In this document: piece by piece, positions 46,536-55,788 of the stretch
Numbering within the stretch: the first letter of the stretch is position 1
Layout: the number at the start of each line of letters is the position of its first letter
Source of the DNA: a virus
IMG/VR virus record: IMGVR_UViG_3300027668_001405
Coordinates: 1-64,000 of that record
Reading direction: 5' to 3' (one strand)
Length of the DNA: 64,000 nt
Program-made: the position numbers and the translations under genes
The notes under the pieces: generated by a model
The model's input: only the letters and a program-made list of their open reading frames with translations
What the model was told of the DNA's origin: nothing
The model's database searches: none

Positions 46536-46838
46536 ATGGCTAGACCAAAACCAAACATTATACTCGACCAAGTAGATAAAAGTTACAACAGTGAACAGAT
46601 TTTAGAAGCAGGCGCAATTTATGCAGTGTATTATGAGAACAAACCAATTAATTTAAGGACCATGAACACACTAGTAAACTACCCTGGGCCTAAGTATAAG
46701 AAAGTAAGTTTCTCAAACAGTGGACACGCATTTAACCTTTCAGACAGACTTAATAAAAAGTTTAATTCTGATCAGTTTAGCGTAGTAAAATTGACTCATG
46801 GCGAAACAGTTACTAGAAACTCGAAAAGTTCAAACTGA
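46536..46838 (+). CDS. phage hypothetical protein
   Basis: MARPKP...YPGPKYKKVSFSNSGHA; AGGAG SD. Confidence 0.75.
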   Translation: MARPKPNIILDQVDKSYNSEQILEAGAIYAVYYENKPINLRTMNTLVNYPGPKYKKVSFSNSGHAFNLSDRLNKKFNSDQFSVVKLTHGETVTRNSKSSN

Positions 46839-47115
46839 TATAATCAAACTATTTTCAATTGATTTAGAGATTAAGGCAGTTTTTAAAAATACGCAGACCT
46901 TACGGCTAACAAAGGTAGGTCAGCGTATACTAAGTAAATCTTACGATAGTTGGGTGTTCGAGTCACCTAAGCTAAATGCAAATAATTTAATTAATTTGCT
47001 ACGTAAGATGCGATATCCCTATTATATTGATAAGGATAAACTAATCTTGTATACTGAGAAAGATGCCTTTCTCGCAAAGTTTGCAGGAGCACAAGGATGG
47101 TTAGATGGCAAATAA
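46798..47115 (+). CDS. hypothetical protein
   Basis: 105-aa ORF. Confidence 0.65.
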   Translation: MAKQLLETRKVQTDIIKLFSIDLEIKAVFKNTQTLRLTKVGQRILSKSYDSWVFESPKLNANNLINLLRKMRYPYYIDKDKLILYTEKDAFLAKFAGAQGWLDGK

Positions 47116-47314
47116 AATAGAAGGAATTGAAATTCCAGAGTTAATAAACGTACACTGTACAGACAACGATCAGACAGTTGAAGTGCAGTATATATCACAC
47201 CACAATAATATGATAAGAACAGACCTACAAGGAATCCCCTTAAACTTTAATCACTTAAAACGGAACATATACGTTGCCAATTTCAATGGCAGAGAATTTG
47301 TTATGAAACTATGA
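47105..47314 (+). CDS. hypothetical protein
   Basis: 69-aa ORF. Confidence 0.65.
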   Translation: MANKIEGIEIPELINVHCTDNDQTVEVQYISHHNNMIRTDLQGIPLNFNHLKRNIYVANFNGREFVMKL

Positions 47315-47613
47315 ATCAAATAGACTTACACGGACAAACAGTACATGAAGCTTGGAAGACATTTAGCGAACATGTAGCAGACTGTTACTTCAACGACATT
47401 AAAGCAACTACAGTTATTACAGGACACGGACAAATTGGTGAAGAACTAATTGCTTGGGTACATGCTAATAAACACTGTCAACATGCCTCTAAAGGTAGAA
47501 ACACAGGTGCTTACACTGTAGCTATTAAGAAAAACAAGAAACATAAGCCTACTGTAAAAGCAAACACTACTGTAGATTTAAGTCAACTGATTAAAAAGTG
47601 GAATAATCATTGA
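47311..47613 (+). CDS. stand-alone Smr-domain protein
   Basis: IDLHG, VITGHG, NTGAYTV. Confidence 0.8.
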   Translation: MNQIDLHGQTVHEAWKTFSEHVADCYFNDIKATTVITGHGQIGEELIAWVHANKHCQHASKGRNTGAYTVAIKKNKKHKPTVKANTTVDLSQLIKKWNNH

Positions 47614-47638
47614 CAACTAAGCAAATTTAATATACTAT
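47610..47638 (+). promoter_or_regulatory. sigma70 promoter
   Basis: TTGACA-17-TACTAT. Confidence 0.65.
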
Positions 47639-47671
47639 GTATATAGTTTTAACCTAAAGAAGAATATTTAA

Positions 47672-48124
47672 ATGTCAGATGAGAGCTTTAGTCACTTTGT
47701 AAAACAGTTAGAAAAAATGTCAAACGAAATAAAAACAAAACCTATAAAGATAAACGCTAAAGACAATGCTAAGTGGTGGTATAAGCTAAGCCTCGAAGAC
47801 AAGCATCAAGCATTTTATGCAGTAGTTAGTACTATGCTAAAAGCAGAAACAACTTCCAGAAAGACATACAGAAACTCACTATACGAAGTTTTTAAGTTTG
47901 GCCCTGAGATGTATGATGCAGGAGTTCAATGTGGATACAAAGAACTTCATAAGATGTTAGAGAAAGATAAAACATTTGATGACGTAGACGAAATACGTAT
48001 TCAAGACAGCAACGGAATTTTTAACCTAGACCTTAGTGTAAGTGAATTTAGCTTTACTAAAGAAGATAACGGTTATGGAAGTAAGACCCTAATATTGAAA
48101 ATTAAGACAGATAAAGAGGAATAA
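47672..48124 (+). CDS. hypothetical protein
   Basis: 150-aa ORF. Confidence 0.7.
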   Translation: MSDESFSHFVKQLEKMSNEIKTKPIKINAKDNAKWWYKLSLEDKHQAFYAVVSTMLKAETTSRKTYRNSLYEVFKFGPEMYDAGVQCGYKELHKMLEKDKTFDDVDEIRIQDSNGIFNLDLSVSEFSFTKEDNGYGSKTLILKIKTDKEE

Positions 48125-48126
48125 GA

Positions 48127-48801
48127 ATGTCAGTCAAACTAGTATGCTATTCAAAAGCAACCAATCATTACAAAGAAGAAGGACTTGAAAATTTACAAGA
48201 TCTAATTGCATTTTGTGCAAAAGTTAGTAACCCATCAGCACAGATTAACCACGAAACAAGCGAGCGACTAATCAAGTATTTGATTAAACATCAACATTGG
48301 TCACCTCTGGAAATGGTTAATGCTACACTAGAAATTAAAACTACACGTGATATTGCACACCAAATTGTACGACATCGTAGTTTTGCTTTCCAAGAGTTTA
48401 GCCAGCGTTATGCTGATCCAGAAGCACAAGGTGATATGTTTGAATACAGCGAAGCACGTTTGCAAGATCCAAAGAACAGGCAGAACAGTATTGAAACTGA
48501 TGATGTAGCATTACAGGTTTGGTGGGACTCACAACAAAAGTTTATTGCAGAAGCTGCAAAAGTTATCTATGACAATGCTATTGAAAAAGGTATTGCTAAA
48601 GAGCAAGCACGTAAAGTATTGCCAGAAGGACTTACTAAGACTACATTGTACATGCAAGGTAGTATCCGTAGTTGGGTACACTATATTGAATTGCGTGGTA
48701 GTAATGGAACACAAAAAGAACACATGGAAATCGCAATGGCATGTGCTAAAGTAATCGCAGGTATATTTCCACTTGCAGGTGAGTTAACTAATGAGAGTTA
48801 A
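48127..48801 (+). CDS. thyX: flavin-dependent thymidylate synthase
   Basis: RHRSFAFQEFSQRY (RHRx7SxR), HWSPLE, EQAR. Confidence 0.96.
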   Translation: MSVKLVCYSKATNHYKEEGLENLQDLIAFCAKVSNPSAQINHETSERLIKYLIKHQHWSPLEMVNATLEIKTTRDIAHQIVRHRSFAFQEFSQRYADPEAQGDMFEYSEARLQDPKNRQNSIETDDVALQVWWDSQQKFIAEAAKVIYDNAIEKGIAKEQARKVLPEGLTKTTLYMQGSIRSWVHYIELRGSNGTQKEHMEIAMACAKVIAGIFPLAGELTNES

Positions 48802-49525
48802 TAAAAAGATTACAGCAGACTTAGCTAACTTTATTAAGATGCGTTACAATATTAGTGTAACAGACTATGCAGAAAAGTATCCTGAGATGTTTAAATCATT
48901 TATGCGTATGCAGTACTGGCTAGATGAAGCTACGCTAGCTAGGTATTTTGGTCCTAACGATAATGCAGAAGAAGAAGGAACCTATTGGGTTCAGCAGTTG
49001 AAATGGGACACACGCAGAACAGGCAAGGAGTTACTTGCTAAACTTACTAAGAGCAACCCAGCAAAGATTATTGATGTAGGTTGCGGTGATAACGAATGGA
49101 AACAATACTTTGGCGACAAGCTAATTGGCATTGATCCTTTCAACGAAAATGCTGATTTTATAATTGGTGTAAATGAATATGCACCCGAACACTTAAACAA
49201 GTATGATGTTGCACTAGCATTAGGTAGCATTAACTTTGGCGATCAAACAGAAATTGAACGTCAAATTGGTAATGTAGTGCATATGGTTAAGCCGGGTGGA
49301 AAGATATACTGGCGTATGAATCCTGGCATTACACATGATAACCCACAAGCACAATGGGTTGACTTCTTTCCTTGGTCAGAGGAATATATTAAAGACATTG
49401 CTAGCAGATGTAATTGTATAGTAAACGAAATATCATGGGATCATACCGAAGTAGATGTAGACGTCAGATGGGGAAACCGCTTGTATAGCGAGTGGACTTT
49501 AGACGACAAATACAACACAGTCTAA
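48791..49525 (+). CDS. class I SAM-dependent methyltransferase
   Basis: IIDVGCGDNE, IDPFN, ALGSINFG; paralogue of 6948. Confidence 0.85.
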   Translation: MRVNKKITADLANFIKMRYNISVTDYAEKYPEMFKSFMRMQYWLDEATLARYFGPNDNAEEEGTYWVQQLKWDTRRTGKELLAKLTKSNPAKIIDVGCGDNEWKQYFGDKLIGIDPFNENADFIIGVNEYAPEHLNKYDVALALGSINFGDQTEIERQIGNVVHMVKPGGKIYWRMNPGITHDNPQAQWVDFFPWSEEYIKDIASRCNCIVNEISWDHTEVDVDVRWGNRLYSEWTLDDKYNTV

Positions 49526-49593
49526 TAGATAAATACATATAGGGTCGGCCCTCAAATAATGAGTTAAAAGATACCTATAAGGAAGAGAAATCT

Positions 49594-50904
49594 ATGCATT
49601 TAGACAACGGTATCATTAAAGATTCAATTACGATAATTAAAAAAGCAACTAACTCAACATACAATTTCTTTTGTATCCCACGAGTAAAAACGATTGCTAT
49701 AATAACATTCGCAGTACTATTAAGCACAACAATTAATTCGTATATGCGACCAATCCAACAAAAACTACACGATGGAATCAATTTCGTTTATGAATATAAC
49801 GAACCAATCGGTGAAGCAATATACGAAGTTAATGGGTTCTTATTTAATGGTAAGAGTTTTGATGCTGAACGTATTGCTAAACGTGTAATATATGATTCGT
49901 ATAGTTCAGTTGTAATAGTTACAGTAGCGTCTAAAGATAAAACAGCAAACAAAGGTATGGCTGGACGAGGCACTGGATTCTTTATTGAAGTAACAGATGA
50001 CTACGCACTTATTGCTACCAACCATCACGTAGTAGATGGGCATATCAACGACAAAACATTTGAGATTTCAATTGGAACATCTACAGAAATGTGGACTTAT
50101 GATGTTGAACTTATTGGCTATGACCAAGTAGCAGATGTTGCAGTTCTAAAAATTCTTAAAAAAGACAACGAAGATTGGAAAGCACTTGAGTGGTCAACAC
50201 AAGACTCTATTAGTGTAGGCGATCCTGTTGTAGTTATTGGACACGGTATGAGTATGCCTTGGACAAGTACACAAGGACATGTTGTTTACAAGGATAGATT
50301 TGGTGCAAGACCATATTCATTAATGCTACAAGTTGACGCAGTTATTAACCAGGGCAACAGTGGTGGACCAGTTATTGATACTAACGGCAAGGTTGTTGGT
50401 ATAGCACAAAGCATTTACAGCCCAGGTAGAAAGATTCCAGGTTGGGATGGTATTGGAATGGCAGTACCTGTAAGACAAGCAAAGCGAGCAATTGAATACA
50501 TTATTAGTCCACTATATATCTCTAAAGGATTTGTACCTTATGCAGAGTTTCCTTTTATGCTAGGAACATTTACACTAGATGAAGTTAAAGATGTTGCACG
50601 TGATGATAGAAGATTTGCATACATTAATTACCCAGAGATAAAAGAAGATGGAACACTTGTACCTAAAACAGTAGGTGAGAAGTCAGGATTCTTACAGGGC
50701 GATATTATAACAAAGATTAATGATATTGATGTATACTCAAGCTTCTATGTATTAAGAGAAACAATATATGCATTTCCAGGTGATATATGGACTGTTACAT
50801 TTACACGTGATGGCGAAGTAATGACTAAGGATATTGCACTAAGTGAAATGGACCATGATAAACTTGTTAAATCTTTAAAGCGTCGAGCTACTGGTGGTAA
50901 GTGA
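49594..50904 (+). CDS. HtrA/DegP-like trypsin protease with PDZ domain
   Basis: N-terminal TM, GTGFF, TNHHVV, DVAVL, GNSGGP, GDIITKIN. Confidence 0.9.
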   Translation: MHLDNGIIKDSITIIKKATNSTYNFFCIPRVKTIAIITFAVLLSTTINSYMRPIQQKLHDGINFVYEYNEPIGEAIYEVNGFLFNGKSFDAERIAKRVIYDSYSSVVIVTVASKDKTANKGMAGRGTGFFIEVTDDYALIATNHHVVDGHINDKTFEISIGTSTEMWTYDVELIGYDQVADVAVLKILKKDNEDWKALEWSTQDSISVGDPVVVIGHGMSMPWTSTQGHVVYKDRFGARPYSLMLQVDAVINQGNSGGPVIDTNGKVVGIAQSIYSPGRKIPGWDGIGMAVPVRQAKRAIEYIISPLYISKGFVPYAEFPFMLGTFTLDEVKDVARDDRRFAYINYPEIKEDGTLVPKTVGEKSGFLQGDIITKINDIDVYSSFYVLRETIYAFPGDIWTVTFTRDGEVMTKDIALSEMDHDKLVKSLKRRATGGK

Positions 50905-51119
50905 AGCCTAAGACACACTACGATTTACTAACACACAGACATGCTCCTATCAAATGCTTTACTTGGTTCCCTAAACGTATGACAAGTGGCAAATTAGTGC
51001 TTGTTGGCACATATTACCAAGTAGTTACGAACATCAGAAGTGCAGATCCACGTCATTTGTGGATAGATAGCGAATTCTATACAGAAGCAGAGCTATTCCT
51101 TATAAAACTATCAAAATAA
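50901..51119 (+). CDS. small hypothetical
   Basis: GTGA overlap; ends FYTEAELFLIKLSK. Confidence 0.6.
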   Translation: MKPKTHYDLLTHRHAPIKCFTWFPKRMTSGKLVLVGTYYQVVTNIRSADPRHLWIDSEFYTEAELFLIKLSK

Positions 51120-51153
51120 ACCAAAATAAACCAAATTAATTGCAATTTACCGG

Positions 51154-51182
51154 TTGACAAGTAAGACGTCTTGCCGTATAAT
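51154..51182 (+). promoter_or_regulatory. sigma70 promoter carrying the conserved 22-bp motif
   Basis: TTGACA-17-TATAAT; identical 22-mer at 971-992. Confidence 0.85.
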
Positions 51183-51217
51183 TAGTATATAAGTTAAACA
51201 AAAGAAGGAAAGATAAA

Positions 51218-51397
51218 ATGATTAGATTAGTACTTGCGTTTTTATGTTTTATTTTAGCAGTTGGTTGCATTGACGGTCCTAGCGGATATGAGTCAGATTG
51301 GTGGGCTGGTTGTTTTGGATTTATGTTTACTGGTATTGCGTTGTTCCTATGGGCACTACGTGATGGAAAAGTAGCAGAACTTAACGAGATTAAATAA
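51218..51397 (+). CDS. 59-aa two-TM membrane protein
   Basis: Translated by hand: MIRLVLAFLCFILAVGCIDG...; AAGGA SD. Confidence 0.65.
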   Translation: MIRLVLAFLCFILAVGCIDGPSGYESDWWAGCFGFMFTGIALFLWALRDGKVAELNEIK

Positions 51398-51400
51398 AGG

Positions 51401-51429
51401 TTGACAAGTAAGGCTTCTTGCCTTACAAT
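51401..51429 (+). promoter_or_regulatory. sigma70 promoter carrying a variant of the 22-bp motif
   Basis: TTGACA-17-TACAAT; GGTTGACAAGTAAGGCTTCTTG. Confidence 0.8.
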
Positions 51430-51485
51430 AGTATTATATGCCAAAAAAGAAAACTATTTCAAACTTTGAAGAAGGAAAAAAAGAT

Positions 51486-52610
51486 ATGAAAACTGCAGCA
51501 TCAGAATCGCGTACTGTGAAAATTAGTGAAGCTACTACACTTATTACACGTGCATTTAAAAAGAAGCGTCCTGTGTTTTTGTGGGGTCCTCCAGGAATTG
51601 GTAAATCCGAACTAGTGCAAACTATTGGTGACAGTGGTGCTCTTGGCAATACACTTGTTATTGATATGCGTCTTGCATTATTTGAGCCAACTGACTTACG
51701 TGGGTATCCTGTACCTAATATGGAAACAGGTGTTATGCAATGGCTTCCGCCAGCAGACTTGCCAAGCAAGGAACTAGCGGCAAAGTACGATACAGTAATT
51801 GTATTCCTAGACGAGATGAACTCAGCGGCACCAAGTGTGCAGGCAGCGGGTTATCAATTAATTTTAAATCGACGTATTGGACAGTATGTACTTCCAGATA
51901 ACGTTGTAATGATTGCCGCAGGTAATCGTGAGACAGACAAAGGTGTTACTTATCGTATGCCTAAGCCACTTGAGAATCGTTTTGTACACTTTGAATTACG
52001 TGTAGATTTCCAAGATTGGTTAAACTGGGCAGTACACAATAACGTTGACGCAGACGTAGTTGGTTACTTGTCATTTGCTAAAGGCGATCTTTATAACTTT
52101 GATCCACAATCAAGTTCACGTGGATTTGCTACGCCTCGAGCTTGGACGTTTACATCAGAACTTATTGATGATGCAGATGATCTAAGTGATTCATTACAGA
52201 CTGACTTAGTTGCAGGTTGTGTTGGAGAAGGTATTGCTGTTAAGTTTATGGCACACCGTAAGATTGCAGGCGACCTTCCTATTCCAGAAGATGTACTTGA
52301 TGGTAAGGTTAAAACTATCAAAACTAACGAAGTGTCAGCAATGTATGCAATGGCAACTAGCTTGTGTTATGAGCTACGTGATCGACATATTGCTGGTGAG
52401 AAAGCTGGTGCAGATTCTAAAGAGATGGAAAAGTATCACAAGAGCTTCTCAAACTTTATTGGGTTTATGATGGACACAATGGAAACTGAGATGGTTGTTA
52501 TGGCATCCAGGATTGCAATGCAACAGTATAAGCTAGTACCTAAGCAAAAGAAAATTGAACGCTTTGATGAATATTTTGGACGTTATGGTCGACTCGTACT
52601 TGACGCCTAA
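51486..52610 (+). CDS. MoxR/CobS-like AAA+ ATPase
   Basis: Start 51486; GPPGIGKS, FLDEMN, AAGNR, PLENRF. Confidence 0.88.
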   Translation: MKTAASESRTVKISEATTLITRAFKKKRPVFLWGPPGIGKSELVQTIGDSGALGNTLVIDMRLALFEPTDLRGYPVPNMETGVMQWLPPADLPSKELAAKYDTVIVFLDEMNSAAPSVQAAGYQLILNRRIGQYVLPDNVVMIAAGNRETDKGVTYRMPKPLENRFVHFELRVDFQDWLNWAVHNNVDADVVGYLSFAKGDLYNFDPQSSSRGFATPRAWTFTSELIDDADDLSDSLQTDLVAGCVGEGIAVKFMAHRKIAGDLPIPEDVLDGKVKTIKTNEVSAMYAMATSLCYELRDRHIAGEKAGADSKEMEKYHKSFSNFIGFMMDTMETEMVVMASRIAMQQYKLVPKQKKIERFDEYFGRYGRLVLDA

Positions 52611-52618
52611 GTTGGAAG

Positions 52619-52645
52619 AGGGGGAGACAGTTAATCTCTCCCTTT
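52619..52645 (+). terminator. intrinsic terminator-like hairpin
   Basis: AGGGGGAGA-CAGTTAA-TCTCTCCCT followed by TT, just after the ATPase stop. Confidence 0.55.
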
Positions 52646-52674
52646 ACAATCCACGCCAAAGGACTAACATTCGA

Positions 52675-52926
52675 TTGTATGGACTTAAATGCAAAGATTG
52701 GACCCCTTTAGATATATTTGATTACAAGCACAAATGGTTAGCAGAGGAACATGAGGAACTACGCATTGACCCAGATAGACTTACACAAGCCGCTAAATGG
52801 TGTAAAACAAATCTCTTCCACCAAGACTTTACTATTAACAAATTTGCTTCACCAGACGACAGTCATATGATTTTGTTTAAAAACAGTGCAGAAGCTATGC
52901 TATTTAGACTCAGTATTAATGGTTGA
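52675..52926 (+). CDS. small hypothetical (C-terminal motif family)
   Basis: Probable TTG start after AAGGA (uncertain); ends FKNSAEAMLFRLSING. Confidence 0.6.
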   Translation: MYGLKCKDWTPLDIFDYKHKWLAEEHEELRIDPDRLTQAAKWCKTNLFHQDFTINKFASPDDSHMILFKNSAEAMLFRLSING

Positions 52927-52951
52927 CAATAGGTATTGTTTATCGTATAAT
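52923..52951 (+). promoter_or_regulatory. sigma70 promoter
   Basis: GGTTGACA-17-TATAAT. Confidence 0.85.
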
Positions 52952-52984
52952 GTATATAATAGTTAGAAATTAGGAGTTTTATTA

Positions 52985-54163
52985 ATGTTAAAAACTGCAG
53001 AAGAAAGAATTACACAGTCTAGAGTTAGACTTTTACTAACAAAACCTTTCTTTGGTCAACTAGCTGTACGTTTAAAACTAGAAGATGCAAGTGACTGGAT
53101 CCCTACTGCCGCAACAGACGGTCGTAGATTTATGTTTAACAGAGGTTTTGTAGATAGTCTTACAGATGAGATGCTAGACTTTCTAGTTGGACATGAAGTA
53201 TTACATTGTGTATTTGATCACATGGAATCTAGAGGCGAACGAGATGCACAGCTATATAATGCTGCCGCAGACTATAACATTAACATGACATTAGTAGAGC
53301 AGAATATTGGAGCTCCAATTACAGAAGATAAACTAGGCGGCGGAAAGATATGCTTAGATTGGAAATACACTGGTTGGAATAGCTATGAGATATATGATGA
53401 CTTGAAGGCGAATAACGAAGATGCTAAAGGCATGGACGTTCACTTAGAAGATGGCGTAGATGGAGAAGGCAACGCAGTTGCAGATCCTAATGCAGGAAGC
53501 CCAATGTCAGAAGAAGAAAAGAAGCAACTCTCAGATGAGATTAAGCAAGCTACAATACAAGCGGCACAGAGTGCAGGACAAGGTGTTCCAGATGCTGTTA
53601 AACGTTTAATCAATGAGCTTATTGCTCCTAAGATGGACTGGCGTGATGTGCTAGCTACTAACATTGAAAGTTCAATTAAAGCAGACTTTACATTTATGCG
53701 TCCTAGTAAGCGTTCAGGAGAAGTTATATTTCCAGGCATGGACAGAGACGAATGTTTAGACATTGCAGTTGGACTTGATACATCAGGTAGTATTAGTCAA
53801 GTTATGTTACGTGACTTCCTAAGTGAAGTACAAGGCATTATGGATCAATACGCTCAGTACAAAGTACACATTTTCCAATTTGATACAGGTGTGTATGGTG
53901 CAGAAGAATTTACAAGTGATGATGGTCGTACAATGCAAGACTATGAATTAAAAGGTGGCGGTGGAACAGACTTTGATGTTATCTTTAATTACTTAGAGCA
54001 GTATGATATTGATCCGGACCAGTTGGTTATATTCACAGATGGATATCCATGGGGTTCATGGGGCAACCCAGACTACTGTGATACATTATTTTGTATCCAC
54101 AGCGACAAACAAAAACGTATAGAAGCGCCATTTGGTGTAACAGTACACTATGAGGCAGCATAA
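52985..54163 (+). CDS. metallopeptidase-like (HExxH) plus VWA domain protein
   Basis: TAATDG, HEVLH, DTSGS, GGGGTDF, FTDG. Confidence 0.88.
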   Translation: MLKTAEERITQSRVRLLLTKPFFGQLAVRLKLEDASDWIPTAATDGRRFMFNRGFVDSLTDEMLDFLVGHEVLHCVFDHMESRGERDAQLYNAAADYNINMTLVEQNIGAPITEDKLGGGKICLDWKYTGWNSYEIYDDLKANNEDAKGMDVHLEDGVDGEGNAVADPNAGSPMSEEEKKQLSDEIKQATIQAAQSAGQGVPDAVKRLINELIAPKMDWRDVLATNIESSIKADFTFMRPSKRSGEVIFPGMDRDECLDIAVGLDTSGSISQVMLRDFLSEVQGIMDQYAQYKVHIFQFDTGVYGAEEFTSDDGRTMQDYELKGGGGTDFDVIFNYLEQYDIDPDQLVIFTDGYPWGSWGNPDYCDTLFCIHSDKQKRIEAPFGVTVHYEAA

Positions 54164-54479
54164 TATGGAAACAAAAACTAAAAATAAAATTCGTGTAGTA
54201 AACAATGGCGGAAGCCTAAGTGAAACAGACCTGACGTTAATCGCAGGAACAGATTTAGTAATGCAGATGATGCGTAATCGCATTGTCGTTGTTACTAATA
54301 ACAATGATATAGACTGGACAACCCTTATGGATGATATTCCAGGCTTGTATCATATTAGACCTTTAGATAAGTCTAAGCAAATATACCAGTTATGGTTTGA
54401 GTTTCAGTCTGACATAGACCAATTCAATAAAAACTTATATGTCAGTAAATTAAGCAACACTGCCCACGAAGCGGCATAA
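54150..54479 (+). CDS. hypothetical protein
   Basis: 109-aa ORF; the start may be 54165. Confidence 0.65.
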   Translation: MRQHNMETKTKNKIRVVNNGGSLSETDLTLIAGTDLVMQMMRNRIVVVTNNNDIDWTTLMDDIPGLYHIRPLDKSKQIYQLWFEFQSDIDQFNKNLYVSKLSNTAHEAA

Positions 54480-54522
54480 ATAAACATAGTAGTTAATTAA
54501 ATCTACATAGGAGAATAATACA

Positions 54523-54756
54523 ATGAGTGAAGAAAATAATACCCCAATAGAAGGCGATGTTCAATTATCAATCCAAGACATCGTTCTTGCGGCAAACATT
54601 ATTGACCTTGGTATGCAACGTGGCGCTTATAAAGCGGCTGAAGCTACACAAGTAGGAAAATGTTTTGAGAAACTGGTAACGTTTATCAAAGCTAACACGC
54701 CGGACACGGCAACAACAGAAGCACCAGCTGAAGAAGCTGAGGCTCCAAAGGAGTAA
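54523..54756 (+). CDS. phage hypothetical protein
   Basis: AGGAG SD; LSIQDIV...QRGAYKA; preceded by GCATAAATA. Confidence 0.75.
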   Translation: MSEENNTPIEGDVQLSIQDIVLAANIIDLGMQRGAYKAAEATQVGKCFEKLVTFIKANTPDTATTEAPAEEAEAPKE

Positions 54757-54758
54757 AT

Positions 54759-55472
54759 ATGAGAAATACAAAACACGTTGGTAAACTGTCCAACACAGGA
54801 AAGCGTATCGTAGTAGTTTTTAGAGAGCTACCCGATGATGCAAACAGTTGTTTAGTAGTTGATACAGATGCACTTCCAGATTGGATGCAAGATAATGTAT
54901 TAAATGCAGTAGATAGCCCAGGTGCTCAAGCATCTGCTAACTTCTACGAGTATGCAGAACGTACGGTTCTCACAGACGGCAGTAACATGTTGCAAACTTT
55001 GCACAAGACTGGACGTTTAATGAAGCAACCAACTTCTAACGTAATGATGACACCTAATAACGATGTAGCTGTAGGGCTTGCCGAGATTAATGAGTTAGTA
55101 CGTAAAGAAGGTGGACCAGCTGTAGTGATTCCAGATGAAACAGAAGCGGTGCTTCCTGGGAAGGATACAGTTGATTTAATGACACCAGCTGAACGTAGAG
55201 TTGCAATTAATGAAGGACGTTTGGACCCGACTATGGATCCTAACTACACTGCTCCTAAAGGTGCACCTGCATTACAGGCCAGTGGTGATGAGATGCTTGA
55301 CGATACTGCTATGGCAAAGAACTTGCTAGCACAAGCTAAAGGCTTTGAAGAAGAAGCTAAAAGTTTGAAAGCACAGGCTTATGATATGGTACCAGGTTTA
55401 AAGCCAGGTCCAAAAAAGCCAGTCAAGGCAACGGCAACTAAAGCTGATGCAAAAGATACTGTAAAAGTATAA
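54759..55472 (+). CDS. phage hypothetical protein
   Basis: 237-aa ORF; KHVGK...VVFRELP. Confidence 0.8.
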   Translation: MRNTKHVGKLSNTGKRIVVVFRELPDDANSCLVVDTDALPDWMQDNVLNAVDSPGAQASANFYEYAERTVLTDGSNMLQTLHKTGRLMKQPTSNVMMTPNNDVAVGLAEINELVRKEGGPAVVIPDETEAVLPGKDTVDLMTPAERRVAINEGRLDPTMDPNYTAPKGAPALQASGDEMLDDTAMAKNLLAQAKGFEEEAKSLKAQAYDMVPGLKPGPKKPVKATATKADAKDTVKV

Positions 55473-55494
55473 TTCATCTTTAAGGACGACAACA

Positions 55495-55788
55495 ATGGCG
55501 ATTGAACGGAAAGACAGATCCTTCGATCTGATCTTTGACCAGGTATCTATGGATCATGTTCCTGCTGAATATATCAGAGAAATTATGGTTGACTTAGGTA
55601 CTGGTGAAAGAATAACACTAACTAAAGATGACTTGTTGCTGATTAAGAACAAATCAGCTGATGACATTATATCTGCATTAAGTGTAGATAACATGTCTAA
55701 TATTAGTTTGAAGCTAGACTATGAAGCAATTAAGTCAGATGTGTTACGTGGAGTAACAGGCTTCTTAGGAAAGCATTTTGACGAATAG
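55495..55788 (+). CDS. hypothetical protein
   Basis: 97-aa ORF with AAGGA SD. Confidence 0.7.
   Translation: MAIERKDRSFDLIFDQVSMDHVPAEYIREIMVDLGTGERITLTKDDLLLIKNKSADDIISALSVDNMSNISLKLDYEAIKSDVLRGVTGFLGKHFDE

Noticed and set aside
1903-52939. Short inverted repeats in other promoter spacers (GCACT-N6-AGTGC at 1903, TTGAC-N6-GTCAA at 16576, ACAATA-GG-TATTGT at 52926)
   Set aside because: Each differs in sequence and spacing, with 5-6 bp arms; not distinguishable from chance without conservation data.
51486-54163. Cobalamin chelatase CobS/CobT
   Set aside because: No other cobalamin genes are present and the partner has an HExxH-VWA architecture unlike CobT.
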